Below are positions 17,735 to 29,525 of a stretch of DNA of 64,000 nucleotides, piece by piece. This stretch comes from Patescibacteria group bacterium (lineage in GTDB: Bacteria; Patescibacteriota; Microgenomatia; 2-02-FULL-39-11), in the NCBI GenBank assembly GCA_023379265.1, contig JAMCUI010000012.1:27936-91935 (forward strand). The letters run 5' to 3'. How positions within the stretch are numbered: position 1 is the first letter of the stretch; the number at the start of each line of letters is the position of its first letter. A program made the position numbers and the translations under genes. Below the pieces are notes generated by a model that ran no database searches, was not told the DNA's origin, and saw only the letters and a program-made list of their open reading frames with translations.

Positions 17735-18696
17735 AACAAAGATTAATTATTCTATTTCTAATACTTGTTATCATCGGAATGTCAATCCTTCTTTGGTGGA
17801 ACCAGGCAATAAAACCCTCTGATCCACAAAATGTACAAAATACCACTTTCACCATTTCAAGGGGAGAAAATGTCAGGGATATTGCCGAAAGGTTGCAAAA
17901 AGATAACCTGATAAGGTCATCTGTGGCATTTTTCCTTATAGCAAGGTTCGGAGGCTTGGCACAAAATATCCAGTCTGGTGATTTTAAGCTAAACCCGGCT
18001 ATGGATCTTTTTACGGTAGCAAATACTTTGACACATGGAACCACAGACGTCAGGATCACTATTCCAGAAGGTTGGCGGGACGAGGAAATATCTTTGGAAT
18101 TGACTAAAGAACTGAATATACCTGAATCAGAATTTTTGAAAGTGGCCAACGAAGGATTTATGTTTCCTGATACCTATATGCTGCCCAAAGATGCTTCTGC
18201 TTCCACAGTTGTCAGACTTATGCAATCAAACTTTCATAAAAAGATCACACGGAATATCATATCAAAAGCACAGGCAAAGGGATTATCATTAGATGACCTT
18301 ATCACAGTCGCGTCACTGGTGGAAAGAGAAGCAAAATTACCTGAGGACCGGCCTTTGGTAGCAAGCGTCATATTAAATAGGCTCAAAATAGGTATGAAAC
18401 TGGATATTGACGCAACAGTCCAATATGCACTAGGTTATCAGCCGGCAAACCAGAGTTGGTGGAAAAAAGATTTGACCCAGGAAGATCTGCAGATTGACTC
18501 CCCTTACAATACATATCTTAATCCTGGCCTTCCACCAGGCCCGATAGCCAATCCGGGCCTAGCGGCGATAGAAGCGGTGGCCAATGCACCCCAAACAGGT
18601 TACCTTTTCTATGTTTCTGATAAAAGCGGGAAACTCCACTTTGCCACATCAGCTGAAGGACACAACTCCAACGTCACAAAATACATAAATAATTGA
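17731..18696 (+). CDS. mltG: Endolytic transglycosylase MltG
   Basis: Motifs TIPEG, EGFMFPDTY, ASLVEREA, DSPYNTY..GLPPGPIANPG. Confidence 0.95.
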   Translation: MKQRLIILFLILVIIGMSILLWWNQAIKPSDPQNVQNTTFTISRGENVRDIAERLQKDNLIRSSVAFFLIARFGGLAQNIQSGDFKLNPAMDLFTVANTLTHGTTDVRITIPEGWRDEEISLELTKELNIPESEFLKVANEGFMFPDTYMLPKDASASTVVRLMQSNFHKKITRNIISKAQAKGLSLDDLITVASLVEREAKLPEDRPLVASVILNRLKIGMKLDIDATVQYALGYQPANQSWWKKDLTQEDLQIDSPYNTYLNPGLPPGPIANPGLAAIEAVANAPQTGYLFYVSDKSGKLHFATSAEGHNSNVTKYINN

Positions 18697-18700
18697 TTTA

Positions 18701-19300
18701 TCACAATTCCAAACTACGCCACAAAATTCTGCACGCATAACTTCTGTATGGCGACCACTTTTTGCTGAATTCTTCCGCCCTTTTTATAGTCACTTCCTCC
18801 TCAAGTTTGTATAATTTCTTTATAGCTTTCCGCAAACCCAAATCTCCCGGTGAAAAAACATCTTCTTTTCCGAGAGAGAAAATAAGAAACATTTCAACTG
18901 TCCATGGACCTATTCCCTTTATTTTTGTCAGTCTTTGACGAATTTCCATTTCTTGACACTTCCCTATCTTATTCAAATCAAGCCGGCCGCTAACAATTTC
19001 CTTGGCAACTCCCTTCATGAAATTTATTTTTGAAAGAGAGGGACCAGTCTGTCTTATTTTTCCGTCACCCAGTTTCAGTAATTTCTCAGCAGTCACCAAC
19101 CCTTGGGGAAACAGTTTACTGAAACGAGCAAATATTGTCGCACTTGCTTTATCCGACAATTGTTGGTTTATGATAATTTCGCAAAGATGGGAAAAATAAT
19201 CACGGCTTGTGGAGATTTCTGAAAGAGGACGGATTTTCCCTATGACAGAAAAAAGGTCTGGATCAACTTTCCTAAAATGCTCAATTATTTTTTTATCCAT
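18701..19300 (-). CDS. alkA: DNA-3-methyladenine glycosylase 2 family (AlkA-like)
   Basis: IINQQLS; helix-hairpin-helix IKGIGPWT; GDLGLR; WSPYRSYA. Confidence 0.88.
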   Translation of the reverse strand: MDKKIIEHFRKVDPDLFSVIGKIRPLSEISTSRDYFSHLCEIIINQQLSDKASATIFARFSKLFPQGLVTAEKLLKLGDGKIRQTGPSLSKINFMKGVAKEIVSGRLDLNKIGKCQEMEIRQRLTKIKGIGPWTVEMFLIFSLGKEDVFSPGDLGLRKAIKKLYKLEEEVTIKRAEEFSKKWSPYRSYACRILWRSLEL

Positions 19301-19420
19301 GAATTATCCACTACGATTATTGGAAAAGAATGGGTGATACGCGCCAAGTGCACTAAAAACTTGCGACCAAATTTTTAGAGTGGCGAGCGACAGAACCCGA
19401 AAATAATTCATAATTTTTAA

Positions 19421-20323
19421 TTAAAACCAACCTTTCTTCTTCTTGTCTTCTTCATTAAATTGTTGCAGTAATTCTTTTTGCCGTCCAGAAAGCTTTGTGG
19501 GAACCAACACTTTTAACCTGACATAGTGGTCTCCCCGTCCGCTACCCCGCACATGAGGTACTCCTTTCCCTCTAAGTCTTATAAGAGTACCTGGCTGTGT
19601 CCCCGGTTGCACCTTGAGATTTAGCGGCCCATCTATTGTTGGTACGGAAATCACATCACCCAAAGCCGCCTGGCTGAAACTCACATCCGCATCAGAAACT
19701 AGATCATAACCTTCTCTTCTGAATCTTGAGTCACGCTGTACCTCGACTATGACATCATAATCGGAAAAACGGATATGCGTACCATTGTCTACCCCTGCCG
19801 GGATCTTGATTTTTTGGGATTTCCCTTCTATCTCCACTTCTTTCTCCGTACCCTTGACTGCTTCCATAAAATCTATTGTTAACTGGTAGACAGACCGTCT
19901 TTTTGATCTCTGTCTGCCACCAAATGGTGACCCGCCGAAAAACTGTTCAAATATCTCGAAGGGATCGGAAAACCCGCCGAAATCCACTCCCTCAAAGGGA
20001 GAACCTCCGCCGTAAGTGCTGTAAGTATAAGTAAAAGGACCGTATCTTCCAGTCTGTTGTCCGCCAAAAGGCCCTTGTCCTGCCGCACTAAAACCGCTGC
20101 CAGGAGCAAAAGCTGATTCCCCATATTGGTCATACATCTCTTTTTTCTTGGGATCGGAAAGCACTTCATATGCTTTATTTATTTCCTTAAATTTTTCAGT
20201 TGCCTCAGCGCTTTTATTCCTATCTGGATGCCATTCTAGAGCAAGCTTTCTATAGGCGCGCTTTATCTCCGCCTCTGAAGCGCCCTTTTGTACACCCAAA
20301 ATCTCGTAAAAATCCTTGGCCAT
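19421..20323 (-). CDS. dnaJ: DnaJ-class co-chaperone lacking the zinc finger
   Basis: J-domain with HPD; G/F-rich region; C-terminal domain; no CxxCxGxG repeats. Confidence 0.92.
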   Translation of the reverse strand: MAKDFYEILGVQKGASEAEIKRAYRKLALEWHPDRNKSAEATEKFKEINKAYEVLSDPKKKEMYDQYGESAFAPGSGFSAAGQGPFGGQQTGRYGPFTYTYSTYGGGSPFEGVDFGGFSDPFEIFEQFFGGSPFGGRQRSKRRSVYQLTIDFMEAVKGTEKEVEIEGKSQKIKIPAGVDNGTHIRFSDYDVIVEVQRDSRFRREGYDLVSDADVSFSQAALGDVISVPTIDGPLNLKVQPGTQPGTLIRLRGKGVPHVRGSGRGDHYVRLKVLVPTKLSGRQKELLQQFNEEDKKKKGWF

Positions 20324-20507
20324 AATCTCTTATTTTATCAAAAAAAGCGCTAAACGCGCTTTGAATAAATCTTAATCGTGTTTTAACCTAGAGAATCAAC
20401 ACACCACACCACACAAACTAACTAAATCATCTTAAACTTTATATAAAGATGTATATTATCACTTTACAAATATTTAACCACACCTCGCAACTCACAATCA
20501 ATAAAAA

Positions 20508-22509
<2,002 letters not shown>

Positions 22510-22549
22510 TTATTCAAATAACAATTAACAAATAACAATAAACAAATTT

Positions 22550-23059
22550 TCAGTTCGAGCTATTGTTTTCTGTTATCTGTTCCTTGTTTTCTGGATTACT
22601 CTTCCCGACTTTGACTTTTGCCACCCTGATAATTTTGTCTCCCAATTTATATCCCGGCAGCAATTCCTCAATCACATTGTCATCTTTACCGTCTCCTACC
22701 ACTTCTACACACTCCATTTCATTCGGATCAAATCTTTTTCCTTTTGTTTCAAGCTTTCTTACGCCCCTCCCAGAAAGCACATTCCAGAAACTTTTCAATC
22801 CTAAAGTCAACCCCTGATCGTTTATATGTTTTTCAGCCTTCTCCAGTACATCTATAACCGGTAGAAATTCTACTATAATACTCTCCAGTGCATTTTGCAT
22901 CATATCCTGACGCATCTGTGCCACCCTTTTTTCCAAATTCTGGTAATCAGCCAAGGCTCTTAAATATTTGGCTTTCCATTCTTCCGCTTCTTTTTTTATC
23001 TTATCGTCTGCCGCGGATGGATGTATACTCAATGGCTGGTTATCAGTCTTCTTATTCAT
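22550..23059 (-). CDS. grpE: Nucleotide exchange factor GrpE
   Basis: RALADYQNLEKR, FDPNEME, GYKL..KIIRVAKVKV; lies between hrcA and dnaK. Confidence 0.95.
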   Translation of the reverse strand: MNKKTDNQPLSIHPSAADDKIKKEAEEWKAKYLRALADYQNLEKRVAQMRQDMMQNALESIIVEFLPVIDVLEKAEKHINDQGLTLGLKSFWNVLSGRGVRKLETKGKRFDPNEMECVEVVGDGKDDNVIEELLPGYKLGDKIIRVAKVKVGKSNPENKEQITENNSSN

Positions 23060-23077
23060 CTCTCAATTTTTGGAAAA

Positions 23078-23809
23078 TTACCAATTTGGAGCCACTTCTT
23101 TTATAAGCTGACCCATATACCGCACCATAGGAACAATCCGTGGGTAATTCAACCGGGATGGACCAACCACCCCAATTGCTCCCTGGTGTGAAGGGGAAAC
23201 AAACCTTATGAAAACCCCACCACATTGACTAAGTATCCTGCTTCCTGACGCTTCGCCAAGAAATACAGTCACCGGATCTTCCCCAGACTCCAGACGGGAA
23301 AATATATTCCACCAATAGCTGTATTCATCCAACGTGTTTAATAGATGCTTAGTCATATCTATATCGAAAAATTCAGGCATATCAAGAATATTACTGACGC
23401 CTGCAGCATAGATATCTCCTTCATCAGTGGCAGCCAGTGACATCGTCTTTGTCTGTTCAGCTAGTTCCCTTGTGGCTTCCCTCAGAAGCTTTTCCATACG
23501 GTTGCGGTATTCCCAAATATCCTGCTTGACTTTCACTTCTTCCGCTACAGACAGATCGTGAGGTTTCATAAGATTGTTCACATAAAGCTTCAAGGCAACG
23601 GGCGTAGGAGTTCTTCCAGCTGAAGTATGAGGTTGTTTCAGATATCCTGTCTGAGTAAGCCTGACCATTTCGTTTCTTATCGTGGCCGGAGAAATGCCCA
23701 AATTATACTTCTTATCCAAAGTCTCGGAACCTACCGGTTCGGCGGTATTTATATATTCCTCAATTATTGCTTTCAGTATTTGTGTTTGCCTGTCCGTCAA
23801 ATCGCTCAT
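23078..23809 (-). CDS. hrcA: Heat-inducible repressor HrcA (short form)
   Basis: RQ.QILKAIIEEYI..AEPVGS, SPATIRNEM, QPHTSAGRTPT, GVVGPSR. Confidence 0.95.
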   Translation of the reverse strand: MSDLTDRQTQILKAIIEEYINTAEPVGSETLDKKYNLGISPATIRNEMVRLTQTGYLKQPHTSAGRTPTPVALKLYVNNLMKPHDLSVAEEVKVKQDIWEYRNRMEKLLREATRELAEQTKTMSLAATDEGDIYAAGVSNILDMPEFFDIDMTKHLLNTLDEYSYWWNIFSRLESGEDPVTVFLGEASGSRILSQCGGVFIRFVSPSHQGAIGVVGPSRLNYPRIVPMVRYMGQLIKEVAPNW

Positions 23810-23841
23810 TTTCAGAAATTAAATTTATAATGTTTCTCAGG

Positions 23842-23868
23842 TTAGCACTAAGATAACATGACTGCTAA
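23842..23868. promoter_or_regulatory. CIRCE operator overlapping the hrcA promoter
   Basis: TTAGCACTA-N9-GACTGCTAA; minus-strand TTGACA (23878-23873), 17 nt, TATCTT. Confidence 0.88.
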
Positions 23869-23923
23869 AGTTTGTCAAGTTTAATTATTTGCAGTATATC
23901 TTCAACATGCTACTATAAAATTA

Positions 23924-25867
23924 ATGCGTAAGAATTTAATTTATATAATTCTGGCAACTATTTCTTTACCTTTAGTAATTTTTGCCGGGAACCAGATTGT
24001 AGGACTCATCAGCCGAGCGGCTCCCCAACCAGCAAATATCATTATTGACACCAAAAACAGCACTGGAGTCCTAAATCCCTCATGGGAGGCCTTTGCCCAG
24101 GGAGGAGAAGAACCGCCACCAATGCTCACACGCGTAGTGACGCAACTGCGGACATTAAAACCCAGATATGTCAGGATTGACCATATATATGACTCTTATT
24201 CCATCATACAAAAAAACGGCAATAATATCGTCTATGATTTCTCACGTCTGGACCAAACAGTCAATGACATCCTGGATGCTGGGGCGCTGCCCTTTTTCAG
24301 TCTTTCATATATGCCACGGGAGCTTACCGGAACAAATTCCGTCATAGATACACCCGTAAACTGGGATTATTGGAAAAATCTGGTACAAGCGACAGTTGAA
24401 CACTATAGCGGCAAGAAATTCCGTAATCTTAATAATGTTTATTATGAAGTCTGGAACGAACCTGAGCTGCCGCAGTTTGGCAACTGGTCACTGTCTGGCA
24501 ACAAGGACTACAGAATGCTTTATTATTATGCCCAGGCTGGAGCTGTCCTGGCCCAGGATGTCAATAAATTTTATATTGGTGGACCGGCAGTGGGATCTTA
24601 TTACCCCAGCTGGGTAAACAGCTTTCTCTCTTATATCAGTCAAAACAACTTGCGTCTGGACTTCTACTCCTGGCACAGATATACAAAAAGATCTTCTGAT
24701 TATGTCTCAGATATCAAAAATATCAGAGGCAACATTTCAAACTTTCCCAAATATAAAGATATTCCCCTTATATTATCAGAATGGGGATTAGATTCCGCCA
24801 ATAGTGAAATGAATAATACTGATGCGACAGCCGCATTTAGTGTAAATACCATTGCGGAAATAGGAGACAAGGTAGATTTGGCGTTTGCTTTTGAGATAAA
24901 GGACGGCCCGCCACCTGGTGGCGGCAAGTGGGGCCTTATCACACATGAAAACGGTAATCCTCCTCTTTCACCCAAACCGCGATTTAAGGCTTTTGAAGCT
25001 CTAGCCAATCTGGATAGAGGCAATAAAGTCTATATCTCAGGACAAGGTACTTTCGTCAAGGCTATTGCCACCAATGACGCTAACACAATTAGGGTCATAC
25101 TGAGTAATTATGATCTGACCAGCAATAATACAGAAAATGTTCCTGTCACTTTCACCGGTCTTTCTCCATCATCCTATAATCTCAAATACAAATATCCCTT
25201 AACACAATCAGGTGGGAATTATGAAATCACTTCAACCAATGGCGCAATCACCAAAAACATCCCTATGCCTCCCAATTCCATCGTCTATCTGGAATTATCT
25301 CCTATCTCACCATTGGCCACTTTTATTCCCGGGGCAAGTGGCAAACCTGATGATGAAGCATTGGTACTTCAGAAAAATTCCGATCCTTTAGTCTTCAGTT
25401 CACCAGAATTTCACATTTTACCATCTGGAAAAATCAGTTTTGATATAAAACCCCTGTGGGATAAAAACGATACTGACCCCAAAATCATTTTTGAAGCGCC
25501 TTTTGCAACCGAAAGCGGGACTCTGCAGAAAATATTTTTGAGAAAAGAATCTTCCCCTTCATTCTCACAGCTGACGTTTGGTATCGAGAACACCTCTTCC
25601 TTATCCTCAAATCCGACAACTGTGACGCTACCTGCCAATACACTTCAAGATGGCAGCTGGCATAGGATTACGGTTGGTTGGGATCCCAATCAAATCTATA
25701 TGTTTCTGGACGACACCGAAAAAATACAGCTTCCGGTCACAACCGATATCCGTAATGGCAGAATTGTCACTTTTTATCCTGTAAACGATGCGATTGACAA
25801 TCTATCAATTGTGCTTGGTAAAGAACAGCTTATCGGATGGACTTTTGGCGGGAGGGTAGACAGATAA
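23924..25867 (+). CDS. Membrane-anchored glycoside hydrolase (GH39-like, clan A) with a C-terminal LamG-like domain
   Basis: YEVWNEP acid/base; IGGP; LDFYSWH; ILSEWG nucleophile; DGSWHRITVGW. Confidence 0.75.
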   Translation: MRKNLIYIILATISLPLVIFAGNQIVGLISRAAPQPANIIIDTKNSTGVLNPSWEAFAQGGEEPPPMLTRVVTQLRTLKPRYVRIDHIYDSYSIIQKNGNNIVYDFSRLDQTVNDILDAGALPFFSLSYMPRELTGTNSVIDTPVNWDYWKNLVQATVEHYSGKKFRNLNNVYYEVWNEPELPQFGNWSLSGNKDYRMLYYYAQAGAVLAQDVNKFYIGGPAVGSYYPSWVNSFLSYISQNNLRLDFYSWHRYTKRSSDYVSDIKNIRGNISNFPKYKDIPLILSEWGLDSANSEMNNTDATAAFSVNTIAEIGDKVDLAFAFEIKDGPPPGGGKWGLITHENGNPPLSPKPRFKAFEALANLDRGNKVYISGQGTFVKAIATNDANTIRVILSNYDLTSNNTENVPVTFTGLSPSSYNLKYKYPLTQSGGNYEITSTNGAITKNIPMPPNSIVYLELSPISPLATFIPGASGKPDDEALVLQKNSDPLVFSSPEFHILPSGKISFDIKPLWDKNDTDPKIIFEAPFATESGTLQKIFLRKESSPSFSQLTFGIENTSSLSSNPTTVTLPANTLQDGSWHRITVGWDPNQIYMFLDDTEKIQLPVTTDIRNGRIVTFYPVNDAIDNLSIVLGKEQLIGWTFGGRVDR

Positions 25868-25870
25868 ATA

Positions 25871-27535
25871 TCAGACGTTTGACTCTTGTACGTTTACAAC
25901 TTCCTGGGTAGTATCTATTAACACTCCTCTTCTAAATTCCTTGGCTCTCTTTATCATTTTGTAAAAGACGCTGATTTGGGGCACCTCCAGAAACCAGGAA
26001 AGGAAAAGGTATACGGACATGCCAGCAAGAGTGGCGATTCCCGTCAGAAATAAAAGATTGATTGTTTTTGTCGTATCAAAAACGAGCTGATCCAAAAGCT
26101 TCATGGGGATATACAACACTACTCCTGTTACAATTCCGGAGAGAAATATTTTTACCGCCGGCAGAATAAATTCTATTTTTGCGAAGCTTCCCACTTTTCT
26201 ATCCAAGAAAAAAGTCAGAAGAATTATCTGGGCAATACTGGCAATGGAAGTGGACAATCCCAAAGACCAAACATCCATATGAAGATTGAGGACAAAAATA
26301 AGTGATAATACAGTATTTAAACCGACCGATACTCCCCCTATAACAACAGGAGTTTTTGTATCATGAAGAGCGTAAAATGCCCTGGCTAAAAGCTGTATGA
26401 GTGACTGGGCAAAAAGGGAGATACTGAAATATGCCAGAGTTTTCCCCGTTATGACTGTACTATTCCAATCAAATAAAGTAGAAGCCCCGAAGACCAATCT
26501 GACCATAGGAATACGTAGGACTATAAGAATTGCCGAAATAGGAATAACCAGAAAAAGAATCTGGTGAAAAGCGGCAAGGAAAGTATTTTTGAATTCATCC
26601 ATATTCTTCTTGGCGTATAAAGATGAAAGGGATGGCAGAGTCGCTTGAGCAATACTGGCACCAAAAAGTCCAATTGGCACCTGCTGCAAATGCTGGGCAA
26701 AATTAAAAACCGTAACTGAAGCTGCTCCCAGAAGTGTTGATAGGATTAGATCAACTGTGGCATCAATCTGGGAAACTGCCAATCCCAAAGTTCGGGGCAA
26801 CATTAGTTTTCCCACTTCTCGTGTACCGGGGTTTGAAAGTGAAAGACTCCAATGATGCTTATATCCAAGTGACAAAACAAGCGGCACCTGTATAACGGTA
26901 AACAATACTGCCCCAATTACAACTCCTATTACCGGTGCATAAAGTCCTAAAAAGGGCGTCAGGAAGATGATACCCAAAATTATTCCTACGTTGTAAACTA
27001 CAGGCGCGAGTGACGGGATTATAAAATTCCTAAACGATTCTAGAATCCCCGTAAAAAAGTTGCCTATGATAAGCGGAAAAACCTGAGCTAAAATCATTAT
27101 TTGAGTGAACGAAGCCATAAGCGTTATTTCATGTCCGTCAAACCCCGGAGCCAGCAACATGGAAATCTGCCGAGCAAAAAATACGACCGGAAGGGAAAAG
27201 ATTACAAAAATCACCAGTCCCACATTTATAAGAGATGCAGCCATTTTGAAGGCTGCTTCCTTTCCCTTATTGTCCAGGTGATCGGTAAAAACAGGTATAA
27301 AAGCTGTTGCCAGAACCCCCATCACCAGAAGCTCAAAAATCATATTTGGGAGTCTGAATGCGGCATAGTATATGCCTAAATCCGACGGAGTAAACCTTGC
27401 CGCCAGAAGCCTGTCTCTAAATAATCCAAGCACTCTTGAGAGCGCTACCGTCACCATGATGATTGAGGCGGCAGAAAAGACACTATTTTGCCGGTGGGTT
27501 AAAATACGCAGAGTGTGTTTAAATAGCTTGACCAT
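25871..27535 (-). CDS. murJ: Lipid II flippase MurJ
   Basis: SRVLGLFRD, AFRLPN, AFIPVF, RAFYALHDTKTP; multi-TM. Confidence 0.95.
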   Translation of the reverse strand: MVKLFKHTLRILTHRQNSVFSAASIIMVTVALSRVLGLFRDRLLAARFTPSDLGIYYAAFRLPNMIFELLVMGVLATAFIPVFTDHLDNKGKEAAFKMAASLINVGLVIFVIFSLPVVFFARQISMLLAPGFDGHEITLMASFTQIMILAQVFPLIIGNFFTGILESFRNFIIPSLAPVVYNVGIILGIIFLTPFLGLYAPVIGVVIGAVLFTVIQVPLVLSLGYKHHWSLSLSNPGTREVGKLMLPRTLGLAVSQIDATVDLILSTLLGAASVTVFNFAQHLQQVPIGLFGASIAQATLPSLSSLYAKKNMDEFKNTFLAAFHQILFLVIPISAILIVLRIPMVRLVFGASTLFDWNSTVITGKTLAYFSISLFAQSLIQLLARAFYALHDTKTPVVIGGVSVGLNTVLSLIFVLNLHMDVWSLGLSTSIASIAQIILLTFFLDRKVGSFAKIEFILPAVKIFLSGIVTGVVLYIPMKLLDQLVFDTTKTINLLFLTGIATLAGMSVYLFLSWFLEVPQISVFYKMIKRAKEFRRGVLIDTTQEVVNVQESNV

Positions 27536-27636
27536 AAGCCCAGTCTTTAGTATACTATTACAACGTCAGTTAATAAATGATTTGTAGATTAGTTCATTGT
27601 AATCCCGATTTATCAGTTTTCTGACATCATAAATCT

Positions 27637-27945
27637 ATGCCTATCATAAAAAGCGCCAAAAAGAAACTTCGCCAGGATAAAATCAGGACAAAACAAAACT
27701 TACTGATAAAAAAGGCTGTCAAATCGGCTATTTCAGTTTTCAAGAAAAAACCGACTCCAAAAATGCTGGAAAAAGTCTACAGTCTTTTGGATAACGCCGT
27801 GAAGAAAAATATATTCCATAAAAACAAATCAGCCAGGCTAAAATCAAACCTTTCCAAACTTCTAGGGAAAAAGCCATTACCGCAAAAGACTCAGGAGCCA
27901 AAATCGCCTACCAGAAAAGCCAAAAGCAAAAAATCCTCAAGTTAA
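27637..27945 (+). CDS. rpsT: 30S ribosomal protein S20
   Basis: MPIIKSAKK..RQ, LD.AVKKNIFHKNKSARLKS. Confidence 0.95.
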   Translation: MPIIKSAKKKLRQDKIRTKQNLLIKKAVKSAISVFKKKPTPKMLEKVYSLLDNAVKKNIFHKNKSARLKSNLSKLLGKKPLPQKTQEPKSPTRKAKSKKSSS

Positions 27946-28091
27946 CTCACATATATTTATCTCCAACCTTTTTTACAGAACTACTTTATAGTGCTGGTTA
28001 GAATTCCGTTGTATAATGAATTGAATAATAACGCGGATTCCCAAAAGGGTTTGCCGCGGGTTATTGTAATTGAATAAGACTTAAAAAACCT

Positions 28092-28649
28092 ATGCCTGCC
28101 GCCAAAAAAAAAGTAAACATTAACCTAATTGTAAAAGAAGATGTAGATGAGTCATTCTCAGGCCAAGCCTTATCATGGGCACTTACTTATGGACGTTATA
28201 TCATAATCATCACCCAAATAGTCGTCCTGTCAGTTTTTTTCCTGCGTTTCAAACTTGACCGCGACCATACCGATTTAAAAGATTCCGTTTCACAAAAACA
28301 AGCGTTGGTGGAATCAATCTCTGATCTGGAAGGTAATATTAGACAAGTGCAGGCTAAATTAGCTTATATAGGTCAGGTGACCAATAATCAGGATGCTATC
28401 CTAAAAATCATCAGATTTTTGCAAAACCTGACACCATCTGATACCGTCTACTCCACCCTTTCAATAAACGCTACCAGCCTCAGTTTTAACGCCACATCCG
28501 GAAATTTGCGAAGTTTCAACTTTTTCCTCCGGCAACTACAACAGGATAATAAACTGACTGAGGTCACCCTGAATGATATCCAGCGGCAACCTGACGGAAG
28601 AATATCGTTCAAGATTACTGCAAATGTGAATATAAACAAATTTAGGTAA
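28092..28649 (+). CDS. pilN: Type IV pilus assembly protein, PilN-like
   Basis: INL motif, TM, coiled coil and a ferredoxin-like C-terminal region; adjacent to a pilO-like gene. Confidence 0.75.
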   Translation: MPAAKKKVNINLIVKEDVDESFSGQALSWALTYGRYIIIITQIVVLSVFFLRFKLDRDHTDLKDSVSQKQALVESISDLEGNIRQVQAKLAYIGQVTNNQDAILKIIRFLQNLTPSDTVYSTLSINATSLSFNATSGNLRSFNFFLRQLQQDNKLTEVTLNDIQRQPDGRISFKITANVNINKFR

Positions 28650-28725
28650 ATTGTATACATTGGAACATGACGGAAGAATATCGTTCAAGATTACTGCAAA
28701 TGTGAATATAAACAAATTTAGGTAA
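28592..28725. repeat. 58-nt direct repeat of the pilN 3' end
   Basis: 28592-28649 is identical to 28668-28725 with an 18-nt spacer; both copies end at TAA. Confidence 0.95.
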
Positions 28726-28732
28726 CAAAGTT

Positions 28733-29347
28733 ATGGTTAAAAGACCGACATTTTATCATCCTACTTTCGGAGCAGCCTACCAAAGGTTTATGCCCATCAT
28801 AAAAAGCAAAAAGTCAAAATCATACCTTACATTAACTTTGACTTTCATATCTCTCTCGATATTCGGGCTTTTTGCCATACGGCCCACCCTTATCACTGCC
28901 ATTTCTCTTTATAAGGATGTTGGCGACCTACAGGCTTTGAACATCCAATACGAAAATAAGATTGGAAGCCTCATAAGAGCCCAATCGTCTTATGAACAGA
29001 TAAGGGATGACCTACCTCTAATCGATGCAGCTATCCCAACAAATACCGATTTCAGCAAGCTTGCCAGATCAATAGAAAATTTTGCAAATAAGGAAAACCT
29101 TATCATTAACCAGATGCAGATTGACAATGTCTCAATTTCCCATCTGCCATCAACTGGAAGACTGAGCAACTACGGATTTAATATGATCGCCACAGGAGAT
29201 TTTAACTCTATTACTAATTTCCTGACTCATCTTATAAACTGGAGAAGGATAGTAAATATCAGCTCGTTGGAACTGTCACACGAAGGAGGCACACAGAGTG
29301 CCAATTTGAGGATGCAAATCAGAGCCATTACTTACTATGAACCGTAA
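28733..29347 (+). CDS. pilO: PilO-like protein
   Basis: TM, coiled coil, AIP, G.F..I..FL..L....RIVNI. Confidence 0.75.
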   Translation: MVKRPTFYHPTFGAAYQRFMPIIKSKKSKSYLTLTLTFISLSIFGLFAIRPTLITAISLYKDVGDLQALNIQYENKIGSLIRAQSSYEQIRDDLPLIDAAIPTNTDFSKLARSIENFANKENLIINQMQIDNVSISHLPSTGRLSNYGFNMIATGDFNSITNFLTHLINWRRIVNISSLELSHEGGTQSANLRMQIRAITYYEP

Positions 29348-29525
29348 AGAAATTATGATCATGGCTTTAATAATTTTGCTGACTGTAGCAGCATGGATTG
29401 TCTTTGGCGTATATCATGCCAAAACAGAATCCAGTATTTCCCAACAGGATTTGCGTCAAGTTGTGCCGTTGACACCGACTTTTGACAATGACATAATCAA
29501 AAAACTTAGAAGCCGAGAGGAATAA
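29337..29525 (+). CDS. Small single-TM protein in the pil cluster
   Basis: TM followed by PLTPTFD; tightly coupled to both neighbours. Confidence 0.65.
   Translation: MNRKEIMIMALIILLTVAAWIVFGVYHAKTESSISQQDLRQVVPLTPTFDNDIIKKLRSREE

Noticed and set aside
19340-19390. Hairpin between dnaJ and alkA as an ncRNA
   Set aside because: A single AT-rich stem with no second copy or recognisable family features.
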